Shown piece by piece: positions 11,201 to 23,526 of a stretch of 64,000 bases of DNA. Source of the DNA: Macrostomum hystrix. Lineage: Eukaryota > Animalia > Platyhelminthes. The stretch is from NCBI GenBank assembly GCA_950097015.1, contig CATNEN010000038.1, forward strand, positions 13,640,001-13,704,000. The letters are read 5' to 3'. Both the position numbers and the translations under genes were made by a program. The first letter of the stretch is position 1. Every line of letters begins with the position of its first letter. The notes under the pieces are model-generated. The model did no database searches, was not told where the DNA came from, and saw only the letters and a list, made by a program, of their open reading frames with translations.

Positions 11201-12838
11201 TTCATACTGAGATCGAATCATCCGTCAACTCATTACTTTTTTATTTTACCAGATTCTACATGTAGCAGACCTCTCAGCTCTCTCTATTTATTGAATTTGG
11301 GATTGGTGAGCTGAGTATTTGGGGGGGGGATGGTAGCGTGATTTATGAGGGTGAGAGTAGGTATTTTTCCACGCTGTTCGGGTTATACCTAAGGTAGCGC
11401 TAATGCCCGAGCGGCAAGACACTTGCTACTAACACTGGGAGCGGAATTTACTGATGCTGGCACGAGGGCTAAGGTTACTGATCTGGGGCACACAGTCCGT
11501 GGGGCGTATCAGGATGGATTAAAGTTGCCTGCATGGTGAACGACCTTCGCGCTTTTACTTACTTTCCTCTATGGGGTCCGGGATTAGTACAGTCTCATGA
11601 GGGATATAGGCGGAGTTTTAGGGACTTCAGGGGGTATTTAGGGAACTTTTAGGTGGACTTCAGATAGACTTCAGGTGGACTTTTGGACGGGATTTTAGGA
11701 CGGTATATTGGGATTTCAAAGGGATCATATAATAGGGTGGGTTTTGGTAAAGAAGGCCGACGAGAGATCTTTGGGAGAGGATTGGGAAGGCAGAGGTATC
11801 TTTAACTGTTTTCCTTTTATTAGGAAAATAACTCAGAAACTCGGTCTATTTAATAGCGAAACTGGAATAGAGGTTGGGAGTGGAATCGCTTATATTTCGT
11901 TGTATCGAATGTAGAGCAAAACGTTGAGAACGTATAGAACGTAAAGTAGGTCAAACAGGTAGCGGACGGTTAAGCAAGGTGAGCAAGGGTGCGCAAGGGT
12001 GAGGCAAGGTAAAGATCGCTTTTATTTTCTCTCTATATATACACAAATAAATTGGGGTGGGTGCATGTTTCTACTTTAAGAGTAATATAACGCACAAAGA
12101 GCTCGGCGTGATATAACGATATTTAGCTAGCGCGTGAGGAAAAAATGGCGGGAATTTAAAATTATAAAGAAAACCTAATATAGAGAATACAAATATAGAG
12201 AATCATCCTGATCATCCAGAACCCGACGAATAAAGTCCAAATTATTCACACGGTACCCGACGTAGCACTGCCTAGGAATTTAAATGTACCATTACATGTA
12301 AAAAGTTATCATTAATCAAAATTTTTCTGCGCAGATCTGTCGTGCCCTGCATTACCTGCACAGCCAAGTACCGCCCGTGCTGCATAGGGACATCAACTGT
12401 AGCAATATCATTGTTACTTCCGATGCTAAAACAATCAAACTAATTGACTTCGGCTTGTCAATCAAACTGGAGCAATCTGTATCCCACGTCTCGTCATTGA
12501 ATGCCGCTCCAAGAGGGACTGTGCAGTTCATGGCTCCGGAGCTGCTGGCTCCGACCGAGTCAGAAAGCGTTCGGTACAGCAGAGCATCTGACATCTGGGC
12601 GTTCGGCTGCACAGTCTATCAGATGGCCACAGGCAAAAGGCCCTTTGCGGAGTGCACCAACATGTGGTCGCTGCCTCTCCTGCTCGATCAGAAAGGCGCA
12701 CCAACGCTGCCAGAGAGCTGCTCGATTAATTTGAAGGACTTTTACAGGTGCTGCACTGTTCGCGATCGCAAAGCTAGAAAGTCGACTGCAGATCTATTTG
12801 TGCATACGTTTTTGGGTTTTCCTGGGACGCTCAACTGA
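8212..12838 (+). CDS. Ankyrin-repeat protein with C-terminal Ser/Thr (STE/MAP3K-like) kinase; join(8212..8271,8572..9074,9293..9416,9469..9965,10556..10597,10790..11153,12335..12838), ~697 aa
   Basis: Ankyrin motifs GDTAAHLAVRRGN, GASPLMEAA, GQTALLRA, GFSCLHRAASVGN and EQTPLMSAA. Kinase motifs GRGGYGEV, AAKLI, LRHENIVRF, HRDINCSN, DFG, MAPE and DIWAFG. All six introns are GT-AG and keep frame (2094 nt). The first exon and the donor of exon 3 are less certain. Confidence 0.82.
10062..10430 (-). mobile_element. tRNA-derived SINE, family 2, intronic
   Basis: Minus strand: A box tggcagaacgg, B box gttcgattcc, internal hairpin, (tat)n tail. Homologous to 40484-40845 and 63478-63805; sits in a degenerate 20-bp repeat (gcagtcctgaactccatgta). 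Confidence 0.85.
11261..12296 (-). mobile_element. Probable solo LTR (~1.04 kb) in the last kinase intron
   Basis: TGTA...TACA termini; tacatgta at both boundaries (11257-11264, 12293-12300); minus-strand TATATA near 12035 and AATAAA ~25 nt from the 3' end; no coding similarity. TSD ambiguous. Confidence 0.45.
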
Positions 12839-15516
12839 TAGGGCTGTTGATTATTACAACAATTATTATCACAGATCCAAGGCCCTATACATGAAAGTTA
12901 CGCGCGTTTTACTCACAGTTTAAATAAAACAAGACCCACCACCCGATGCAGCGCTGGCATTAATAATTCGTAGCAGGAAAAAATGTTTCATATGTAATTC
13001 ATAACTCATACATGTATGCACGAGCGCTGCTTAGCATTCATATCGCTTGTACCTTATGTGTACACGAATAATATACATGCAAAATGCAATTACAAGCCGA
13101 AATTGAAAGCAAATAGTTTTGGTTACAAAAATTATACTAATTATTTCATAGTCTCTTTCGAGCAAATTTGTATTTTTTATTAGGTCTAAAATCTGAAACT
13201 GATTTGTGGTCTAAACGGAGATTAAAGCGAGTAAGTTTTTTATCAGCGCTTCTCATTTTTGTTACATAAAAACCTTTTGCGCATCTCAATGCATGCACAC
13301 ATGCTTGATTTCCGGTGTCTCAGGTTAAAAATCTTAGGTTAAATATCTAACTTGGTACAAAACACAATTAACTGAACTAAAAACGAATAACAAATAACAA
13401 ATATTATTAAAAACGCTATCTATATATTTTTACATTTGTTAAAATACATAAGCCAAAATGGCCGCCCAACCACACTAATTGTATATTATATCATGCGTTA
13501 AACACTCTGTATATATATGTTCTAAAGATTTTCCATACTAATTTTATTTGGGAAGAGAAACACTATTTGGCCTCGATAAAGAGAGTCTATATTTCATTAC
13601 TTTTTATATGTATATACCATATTGTCTGAGTTCCCTATGAGTTAATTCTTCGAAAGTTCGATTTTCAATTATGTAACTCAAATTGGCGCTTTTTTCTTGC
13701 CCAGCAATTTGAATTGTCATATGTATATTTGCGAATTTTTAAAAAATAAAAGCATGGATCGCCTTTTATTAAGTTGATCGACTATTTCATCAATAATTTT
13801 TTGTCTTTGCGCGCCAGCTTTTATGCTTTCTTATTTATGTTTATATAGCATAAAAATGGGCTTGGGCCTAGGCCTAGCTAGGCCCTACCCTAGACTGGCC
13901 TAGCTCCTAGCCTAACAGTTAAAATGTAAATTTGGCATTTTCACATTGCTAAGTCAGTTCATTTTACATGCACTTATTGACATACATGCTACTTAGAACT
14001 AGTTTATTGTGTATTTATATTTGTGAGTTGTTAAATACCTTTCAATGGATGATAGGCCCTACTTGAAGATATAATGTAGGCCTAGTCATAGATAAGGCAT
14101 AGGCTAGCAAAGCATAGCCATGGTAGGCCTATAGCTAGAGTTAGTTTCTAAAAAAAAATTACAGTGGCTTACTGTAGGCCTATAGGCTAGGCCTATATAG
14201 ACTTCAGACTTTGTGAAGTTATATATGAAAGCTTTTTGGAAGTGTTGCTAGGCATATTAATATATTATATATGGTATAGCCTATAGGCCTTGTTAATTTT
14301 GTGCCCTAAATGTACAAGTTATTGTAAAGTTGGCCTCACCACTTAAAGAGTAAGTTTTTGTTGTAATATCATACATGGGCAACACCCAGCCAGAAACGAG
14401 TGCCAAGCAAGGTAAGTTGCAAAAACCAAGCGCAAAAAATCAAAAGGGGGACCAAGGGACAAAAAAGGAAGGCGTGAAGAAAAGGAAAGAGGGGAGAGCA
14501 AATGAGAGCAAACTAAGTCATAAGTAGAGCAATGAAACAAACTAAGTCGCAAATGAGAGCAAACTAAGTTGTAAATAGAGCAAAAACTAAGTCGCACGGC
14601 TGGCTAAGATTTGGGAGGTTGTGCATGTATGTGTAATATCCTGTATAAAGCTAGGCCTAGAGTACATTATATATTTTTTTACTTTGCCTTAGCATTATTC
14701 TTTATTCATTTTTTAATAACTTTTCATAGGCAATAATAAATTATTATGTGCTAAATTTTCTTCATAAACTTAATATGATACATTTGGGTCTTAAAAAGCC
14801 ATTTTCCAATGACATATACTTATAACTATGTTTTTACTTTCTCATTTGGCCATGTTCATATGGCCTAAATTGTTCTTTGCACTAATAAACATTTTAATTG
14901 AATGTCTAAAATTTATTATTGCCATTTTGTGTCTAAATTCTTGATGCTAATTGAAAAATTAAGATGTCATCCCAATTGAAATAAGTAAACAAAATGTGGT
15001 TGGTGCACATGTATTTTATTTTATTTTTGTGTTATGTTGTACCAGCTAGAAAGCAGGCATTGTTTTGTCAATATCAGTGATTGCTGTGTAACTGTGTTGA
15101 GTTGTGTCACAATTTAGGACAATTAGCTTTTTGCACCTATGTTGTGCATCTACATGTTTTTAAGATTTATTTCAATTGGGATGCCATGGGGCCTATTTGG
15201 CCCAAAACCATCTTTCTATTGTATAGCAAATCTATGCTAACAATATGAAACACATTATTATGTTTAATGTTCACATGTAAAAAAGTCTATAAATATATCC
15301 TATAGTGTTAACTTATATTTCAGTGTAAAATGTGCAGCAAAAAATGTAAGGAGTTCAATTGTCTGTCTCTAGTGAAGTTTTATTGTTTTTTATTTGCTTT
15401 TTCAATCTACATAAAAAGCCATTGTGTAAAAAATCTTGCAGCAAATCTTTGCCTGAATTCTTTAAAAGAAATATTTTCTGCAAACAATTTGACAACTATT
15501 TAACTGACGTGTTGTT

Positions 15517-18367
15517 ATGGAGACAGGCTACGAAGAGTTTGTTGCTGGAGCTGCACACTCGGGCACTGTGGGAGCATCGACGCGCAGTAAGGTCAGCAGC
15601 AGCGCCAGACAGAAGCAGCGACAGCAGCAGCAACAATTCGATAAGCTGCAGGCTAAGCTAGCTAAACTGGCCAAGCACAAGAAGCTTTCAGCCAAGACTG
15701 GTGCTGCCGGCTCTGCTTCCGCCGCCACTTCGGCTGCTGCTGCTAAAAAGAATAAAAAGCAGCAGAAAGCTGTTGAGCAGCAACAAAAACAGCAGAAGCT
15801 GCAACAGCAGCAACAGGCAGCTAAGACGAAGCAATCCAAAAAGCAGTTGAAAGAGCGTCAGTCTGCCGGTCGAGCTTCTGGCGGCGCAGACGCTGCTGCA
15901 GCCTACCAGAACGATGACGCACTGTACGACTACGGGCCTGATGCGCAGGTGTTTCTGCGCTTGCAGAACGCATTTGCCAGTGGCGAGGGCGCCACACCCG
16001 GCTTGACAGCATCCAACAAAGAGAGAAAACAGGCTAAGCCAGCCAAGCTAAATAAGGTGAGCTTCGTTTTATTCTGCTAGCTCTTGTGCCAAATTTCACA
16101 ATCACAACTAATACTTAGCAATGTTGTTTTCTTGTTTCTTCTTTCCCCAAAGGCCAAGGCACGACAACAGTTACTGGAGGGTGGTGCTGGTAGTGGTGGT
16201 GTTGGTGGCCACGCTTACAGTCAACAACTGCAGCAGCAGGCTCAGCAGCATCTGCATCAGCACCAGCAGCAGCAGCAGCGCCATCTGCAGCGTCAGCACC
16301 AGCATCATCAGCTTCAGCAGCAGCATCAGATTTACCCAAGCGAGCAGCGCAACACCTGCGCTATGAATGCGACGCACCTGAAGAACATGCTCAAACTGCC
16401 GAAGGCTCACCGCTGGGTGTTCTACGAGTGGTTCTATTCCAACCTGGACCGGCCTCTATTCCTAGGACCGAACGATTTTCAGAACTGTCTCAGGGAGACT
16501 TTTCCTCTGCTGCGCACCCGCCGCCTGACCCGAGCCCAGTGGTCGCTCATTCGCAAACTGCTCGGCAAGCCGCGCCGCTGTTCGCCAGCCTTCTTCGCCG
16601 AGGAGCGTCGGGCTTTGCACGAGCGTCGCGACAAGATCAGATCGCTGCAAAGGCGCCGTTCGCTCAAGGAGGGTGAGACTGTGCGCGAATTGCCGGACGA
16701 TTTGCGCGTCCCGATGCCGCTTATTATTGGAACCAATGTGAGTGCAATGATGCCAGATCTAAGAAAGTAATTCATAAGTAGCCCCAGGCATGGGTTTGCA
16801 ATCGTTCTCTTCCCGCACTTCCGCCAGGTGGTAGCCCGAGTTCGCTACCCAACCGACGGCCTCTACGCCGGAGTTGTTGATGCCATCGATGGCTACAACC
16901 ACTGCTACCGGGTGACGTTTGTGAAGCAGCCGCTGGGCACCAGGTCTATTCCAGACTACGAGGTGCGCTCAATCATGGAGCAGGAGAGCATCCCTCTGGC
17001 TAGTTACAAGGCCAATCACCAACCGTCTAGGGCGCTTTTCACACCAGCCAGGCTCTTGGCTCAGTCATGCGGATCTGCGACTAACGCCGGCGGCTCCGCT
17101 TCCGGCGGCCATCATCTGCATCAGCGTCCCAGCGGCTCCGGCATGGACATCGTCAGCATTATCTCGGGCGCGGAGGGCACCCCGTCCTCGGTGGTTAAGA
17201 TTGGCGGCGGCGCCTCTGCGGCTGGCGGCCTATTCGCTTCTGCTGAAATTTCGCCATTGGTTGCTGCCAGCGTGTCCCGATCCGCCCAAATTCTGGGACT
17301 AAACGAGGACGAAACCTTCAGCGGCTACGCTATCAGATTCTTGCTGGTAAGTATCTGCTTACTCACTGGTTAGCTGTTTGACTGGCGCTGTATAGTTTCT
17401 CAAGTATTAAAGATTAATTCGTGCGACTAACGCAGATCCTGACTCGCCTGATGAAAATGGTCGAACGCAAGAAGCGCTGTCTTGACGACCTGCGCCGACT
17501 GAACGACCAGGCCGAACTGCTGGTCACCTCAGCGCGGCCAGCCAGCCTGCAGCTGGTTCACGACTACTCGGCCTGCCTGCTGGGTCTTCGTCTGCTCAAT
17601 TCCCAGCTGCGGCCTCATCTCTCTAGCGCGGCCCAATTGGCCTTCGAGTTAGGCCACGAGCGCGGCCTGCCCCCGGATCCGGCCATCGAACTGCGCGCCA
17701 AGGCCAGCGAATTGGCGGTTGCCGCTGTTAGCCGCGCCGAGGCTCGCCTGTCCGGCGGCTCGTTGCGCAATTTGAAGAGCGTCGATCTGATTACGCAACT
17801 GGTTGCCCTGCTGTCTCTACTGCGTCGGGTGGCAGAACGCCGTCCTGAGGAGCAGGTGAGTAAAGGAGCTTTGGGATTTTCATTGGAAGGTTAGGTGTGA
17901 TTGAGTTGTGAGTGGTAGAATTGGGGATGGGGAAGATGAATGAGAGGTAGAATTGGAATGGGGAAGATGATTGAGAGGTGGATTTGAGGATGGGGAAGAT
18001 AAATAAGAGGTAGAGTTGAGGGTGGGTAGATAAATGAGAGTTAGAATCTGGGATTTGGAACATGAATGAAAGTTAAAATTAGGGATGTGGTACACGAATG
18101 AGAGTTATAATTGGGTATGTGGAAGATAAATGAGGGTGGACTTGCTGGACTAGGTATGCATTTAAAACGCAAATGTGGACCGCAATCCCGCAGGATTATG
18201 GGCCAGTCCGGTCCCAGCTAGCCGAGATCAAGGCCTCGCTGCACTCAGGCAATGTCAGCTTCTTCGAGAACAATGTTGAAGTTCACCTGCAGGCGGTGCT
18301 GGCTCGCCTGGACGACGGCGCCCCGCTGCATCCGTTTCACCTGCGCGCCGCGTCTAACTACTTTTGA
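15517..18367 (+). CDS. lin9: LIN-9 (MuvB/DREAM subunit); join(15517..16056,16153..16737,16828..17346,17436..17855,18194..18367), ~745 aa
   Basis: DIRP domain LKLPKAHRWVFYEWFYSNLDRPLF...LTRAQWSLIRKLLGKPRRCSPAFFAEER, Tudor-like ARVRYPTDGLYAGVVDAID...IPDYEV and a C-terminal coiled coil. Four phase-0 GT-AG introns; AATAAA ~18461. Confidence 0.93.
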
Positions 18368-20371
18368 GCAGTAGTGCAATTGGGCTGCGTCAGTCGCTTT
18401 GTAATTTAGTGACACCAAGATTCGAATCCAAAATTAGCATTGGAAATGGTCTGATCTTTAAATAAACTGTGCTTAAACTTGCTGGCGATTAAGTTAAACA
18501 TTTATTGTAAAAATCGACTGATTCACCAATCACTACTTGTCTAAACTAGTAGTTTGCTGGTGTTGGATTCTTAATACAGCTGACGACAATAGCAATTTAA
18601 AATCGGTTCCTATTATTAAACCTAATTGTTAATGACTTACATAATTATTGTGTGCTTAACTTTGCTGTGTGCGACAGTTGCTGTCCTGCTAACTGTCGTT
18701 TATACTAGAATGTGTAGTTTATTCCAACATTTTATATGTGTACACTAAGTAGCTGCTTGCTTCTTCTGTTATCACAGTTTTAAGTTCACCTTTTGCGCAG
18801 AAAATTGTCTATCTGGGCAAACCTGTACTCTTTATTTACTATAGAAACGATAAATATTTTACTATGCAAATATATACTCGGTTGTTAAGCTATTTGCTCG
18901 CCTGATTTGTCGAAAGTAATATATATTTTCTAATATGAAATTAGACTATTAAAGAAGCCTAAATTTACAAAAATATTCCTGCATGTTAATTCCAAAAAAA
19001 TATTTTTGGGATTTATCGGCCGATATGTATCGAAAAACATATTTACAACAAAACATAGTGCTCGTAAAAGTATAATTTTAATCATAAAAATGTCATTGCA
19101 GAACCGTTTAATTAATCAACCGCAATATATGGATAGGCAATCGCGACAGTACGTGATGTATACAGATCGTGTCCCTGCGGTTTCGTGTTGCGTACTCTTG
19201 TAGTAATATCTGTGGCTCATGTAATTTTCCCCTTTTGTTTATGCAGTTCGAACTTTTATCTGTATATTTTATGTTACACGAAAAAGTTATAGTCTTATAT
19301 TTTTGTGCTACCTACATTTTCTCATTTGGTATCCAAACATTTGCATGTACTATCTGTCATCGTGGCATTTTTCTTTGTCATTTTTGGTACCTTGTTAGGC
19401 AATCTTGTCCAAGATTCCTCATTCTGTCTGAATTATTTTTGTTTTTCTTGTTTTAATAACCGTCGGCATTCACTAACCTATTATGTACAGCCTAAACAGA
19501 CGCTGCTGTCATGCGAGTTATTCTACTGTTAGTAGACTGAGTTGTAACGTTTGTTAAAATAAATTTCCTACTTCACCCGAAATAAATGTAAACGTAAATT
19601 AACAGTAAAAATATACCGTTTCTTGCTTCTGCTGGGGTCTATTAAAAAAAGTTAAACTAAATTGTGCTACAACTGCTAAACAGGTATTTGTAGTTGAAAA
19701 ACTAAGCAGGAAGTAATGCTTGTCTTGTTGGTACTTTCTTGTTTCATTTACGTTAACGAGTTATTTTTCTGTCATGACATCAGCAGTGTATTACTTACTG
19801 TACAAATATAAATAGCGTACGGGAAATGGTCCTTAAAATTAAATTAAACTGAAATGAAAGCGATTGATCATTGATAGGCCTAAAATTGTAAAAAAGCACA
19901 ACCGAGTAATTAAAACAACGTATTTATTTTAAGTACTTGGATCGCGTATAATTGTGTAACTTATTATATTTTTTTACTTTCTGTCCTATTTATGATCAAT
20001 GCATTCATTACTTATTGACTAGTACGCGCTGTTCTTTGGCTGCACTGATGACTGGGTCGCATGGTACTTGTAAAATAAATTTCATCTGAGCTATCCTTGA
20101 TACGACCCAGACTCAGACTCAGAGTTTAAACCTACTGCCTTTGGCATTGGCCCCGTGGCCGTAATATAATTAAATTAATTAAAATTTGCTTATTCCTAAT
20201 ATCCCTTAAGTTCAAACTTACAGCTGCAATTTACACTGTAGAGATAGTAGCTTAGATCGAACTTATTCAACAAATATACTCATACATATTTCATAGGTCA
20301 TACATATTAAGACCTATACAGCAATCGCCCAATATGTTTAAGAATACTCTGGGCTTCTGATATAAACAGTT

Positions 20372-20443
20372 GGCTCAGTGGTCTAGGGGTATGATTCTCG
20401 CTTTGGGTGCGAGAGGTCCCGGGTTCAAATCCCGGCTGAGCCC
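20372..20443 (+). tRNA. tRNA-Pro (UGG)
   Basis: GGCTCAGTGGTCTAGGGGTATGATTCTCGCTTTGGGTGCGAGAGGTCCCGGGTTCAAATCCCGGCTGAGCCC; full cloverleaf followed by a T-run terminator. Confidence 0.97.
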
Positions 20444-20841
20444 AATTTTTCTCTTTTTCTTAAACCCACTTCGTAAAAACTTACGTGCGTGAATCGTGAC
20501 TAAATAATTATGTCCAAAATATTACCAGGTTCTGGATTTTTAGTTAATTACCGGCACGCGCTTTGCCCGTTGAATTTTATATTTATAGAAAACTTTCCAA
20601 AAAAGTAAGGAGTTCCCATTCACCTGCGTCTTCTACTGTTAGTACCAGCAGCAATATATACACACAAAAATAAAAATCCAAAATTTGTCAAAATATTAAT
20701 GCCTGAATTATTTGATTAAAAACCGTCTAAACATAGCTTTCAAAAAAGATTTAGGTAAAAGGTAAAAGTGGTTGAATCAGTTAAGGAGACTTCAGAGAAT
20801 TAGTTTGTCTTCGAACTTCTGTTCTATAGGGTAAAAAGACA

Positions 20842-20858
20842 CGCCCCCGGGTGGGCTC

Positions 20859-20895
<37 letters not shown>

Positions 20896-20915
20896 GCCGA
20901 TTGCGCCACGGAGGC
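20842..20915 (-). tRNA. tRNA-Asn (GUU)
   Basis: Reverse complement GCCTCCGTGGCGCAATCGGCTAGCGCGTTCGGCTGTTAACCGAAAGGTTGGTGGTTCGAGCCCACCCGGGGGCG followed by a T-run. Confidence 0.97.
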
Positions 20916-21631
20916 CTTACACCTCTCAGATCTTTCTAACTATAAAACCATAACTTTCCTAGATTAGCATTAGCCTTAAAAGACTCCGTCATGAAAAACA
21001 CGCGTGACGGGACAAGTTTTCTGTCCTTGGAAAAGCCAATTAGCTGTCCGTCTCAGTCCCGTGCTACTAAGAGAAATTATCGTACAGTCATATCAGTGTA
21101 CATTCTTCATTTTACGGTACAGTATGTATGTGAAAATGGAAACGCATGAGATACAGTAGTGCGTCATGCATGCGCACGCTGCTCACAAAATCCATATACC
21201 CTCCATGCTTAAAGTCCATATAAGTGCGCGCGGGCATCGTTGATTTTTTTCTGAATATTCGGCCCTTCCATAGCATTTTTAAACGCTTTCAGCATCGAAA
21301 TAGAGCAAGTGGCTACGCTTGACCCACTGTAGGACATCATCGAACTGAATTCAGTGTGAATGTTCAATTGGGCCAATTTGGTCAGCATCAGCAGCAGAGT
21401 CATCAACGCGACTTCTACCATCCGCTTCCAGCAGTTCGCAGCGGCCAGGCGCCATCGATACTGTCGCAAGTGTACCTCGTCGATTCGCAGCCCGGCAACG
21501 AGCCTCCGGCTAGCCTTCAACTCCATCAGCTTCGCTAAGAAGCGCATCAACTCGAGGGCGAAATTCTGCGGCTCTTGAGTTGGGACCGGCTGTTCAAGTC
21601 AGACTCAATTCTCCCAGTTTTCTATTCTGTC

Positions 21632-21946
21632 ATGGCCCAACGTCATCGTCATCGTCGTCAGTCCGACGCTGTGGCGCAGTCGGACTCCTCGGACTCTGAG
21701 GCCTCATCGGTGGACTCCGGCTTTGTCTGCGGTGTCTCCGACGTCGATGTCGCCGGCTTTTTCAACGACTATGGATCCGGAGCGCTCTCGCCGAGCTCGG
21801 CAACGTCGCCCGGCTCGACTAATTCACCGTCGGCTGGCGAGCAGGAGCAGCGGGCGCTGAATGACGAGTCGAGCAACGCCGACACGGCCTGGTGCTGGGG
21901 CCAGTTCGGCTGTCGCAGGAACTTTGTGGAGCTGCACATCTGCTGA
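21632..21946 (+). CDS. Small acidic Ser/Asp-rich protein of unknown function (104 aa), preceded by uORF 21360..21578
   Basis: GC-rich island in AT-rich DNA; Kozak-like gtcATGg; TATAA at ~21219 upstream; AATAAA ~22090 downstream. No family recognised. Confidence 0.45.
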   Translation: MAQRHRHRRQSDAVAQSDSSDSEASSVDSGFVCGVSDVDVAGFFNDYGSGALSPSSATSPGSTNSPSAGEQEQRALNDESSNADTAWCWGQFGCRRNFVELHIC

Positions 21947-22261
21947 GCGCTGATTGGCCAGCTGCAGTGCGGCGACCTGGAATCATTTTATTGATTCTAA
22001 CTGATCGCAGACTTTATTGTTCATTATATTGTGTGGGATTGAAAAATCCTAAGGATATTTCATGCTTTTTGTTGTATTTGAACTGCACAAATAAAACCGA
22101 ATGAAGTTAAAAGCAAGCACGAATTTAAATGTATTTATAGCAGCAATTATCATGTTATAACTTTGAGTTCTGGTACTCGTATAAGCTACGCTGAAGCATA
22201 AGACGAAAAAGCATTTTCTTGTCAGTTGAGAAATTGCTTCGGATTTAAGATGTGATAATCG

Positions 22262-22635
22262 CGTGATCGGGTGAGATGACCGTGTGATCAGGTGAGATGA
22301 TCGTGTGATCAGGTGAGATGATCGTGTGATCAGGTGAGATGATCGTGTGATCAGGTGAGATGATCGTGTGATCAGGTGAGATGATCGTGTGATCAGGTGA
22401 GATGATCGTGTGATCAGGTGAGATGATCGTGTGATCAGGTGAGATGATCGTGTGATCAGGTGAGATGATCGTGTGATCAGGTGAGATGATCGTGTGATCA
22501 GGTGAGATGATCGTGTGATCAGGTGAGATGATCGTGTGATCAGGTGAGATGACCATGCGATCAGGTGAGATGACCATGCGATCAGGTGAGATGACCATGC
22601 GATCAGGTGAGATGACCATGCGATCAGGTGAGTTG
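22262..22635. repeat. 21-bp minisatellite (gatcgtgtgatcaggtgagat)
   Basis: About 17 tandem copies. Confidence 0.96.
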
Positions 22636-23149
22636 ATCGTACTATCAGATAAGATCCTATAGGATGCGATTTGTACCGACGGTCACTGGCAATTAGTAGA
22701 TGATGCAATTGTCAATACGTGGTTTCTGTAATCGTCTGCGTTGTTTAGCAGAAATAGGATATCTGTTTAATCATTAAATATAATAAATAAAATTTGACCT
22801 ATGTGAAGTAGACTTCTAAATTTTGCTTTATACACCAATTTTGTTTGTCTCGACACTGCACTTTTACTCCTGCCCAATGTCCTTAGCCTGCGTTTATGTA
22901 GATGCGTTCACAGAAATGCTGCATGCTAGAAGCTTAAACCTTTGCAGTACTGCATGTAACAGCTCTCTCACTAGTTGCCTGGCCAATTCAAACCTTCAAG
23001 GCTACCTTGGCAAACGAACTCGTGGTCACTTTTGAAATTTCAAACCTGACAGCTCATCTTAGTTTGTGCATGAAGTCTAACAAGGATAAGGACTTCTAGT
23101 CTGGGATCTGATTGGAGTGAGATTCAAGGATCGGGATATGAGGAGTACT

Positions 23150-23290
23150 CAGATTAGGATCTGAGTTCTTGTGTTAGGATCTGAGTTCTCTGATTAGGAT
23201 CTGAGTTCTTGTGTTAGGATCTGAGTTCTCTGATTGGGATCTGAGTTCTTGTGTTAGGATCTGAGTTCTCTGATTGGGATCTGAGTTCAC
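23150..23290. repeat. 20-bp minisatellite (taggatctgagttctYKgWt)
   Basis: About 7 alternating copies. Confidence 0.9.
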
Positions 23291-23526
23291 GTATTAGAAG
23301 GCAACTAAAAACTAATTTATTCACTTCTCGTAAAAAATTCTTTTGATTGAAACAGATTAGCATTTTAAGTATTTAAAAGCTGCAGGTAGTGTTTCATTTT
23401 TGCGAGCGCGAAACACGAGAAAAAAAACGAAACTTTATTGCGATCGTGGCCATCGTGCTTGACCCAGACGGAAAGCAAAAAACGAGAATAGCTTCTTAGA
23501 TCAGTTTCGAAAATATTTTGCTGGGG

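Noticed and set aside
20545-20830. Helitron-like relic between the two tRNA genes
   Set aside because: Only a vague 5' resemblance (accggcacgcgctttgcccg); no 3' hairpin-CTRR end and no second copy in the window.
21360-21946. Ornithine decarboxylase antizyme-type +1 frameshift (ORF ends TCT TGA)
   Set aside because: The second ORF is in the -1 frame and has no antizyme motifs.
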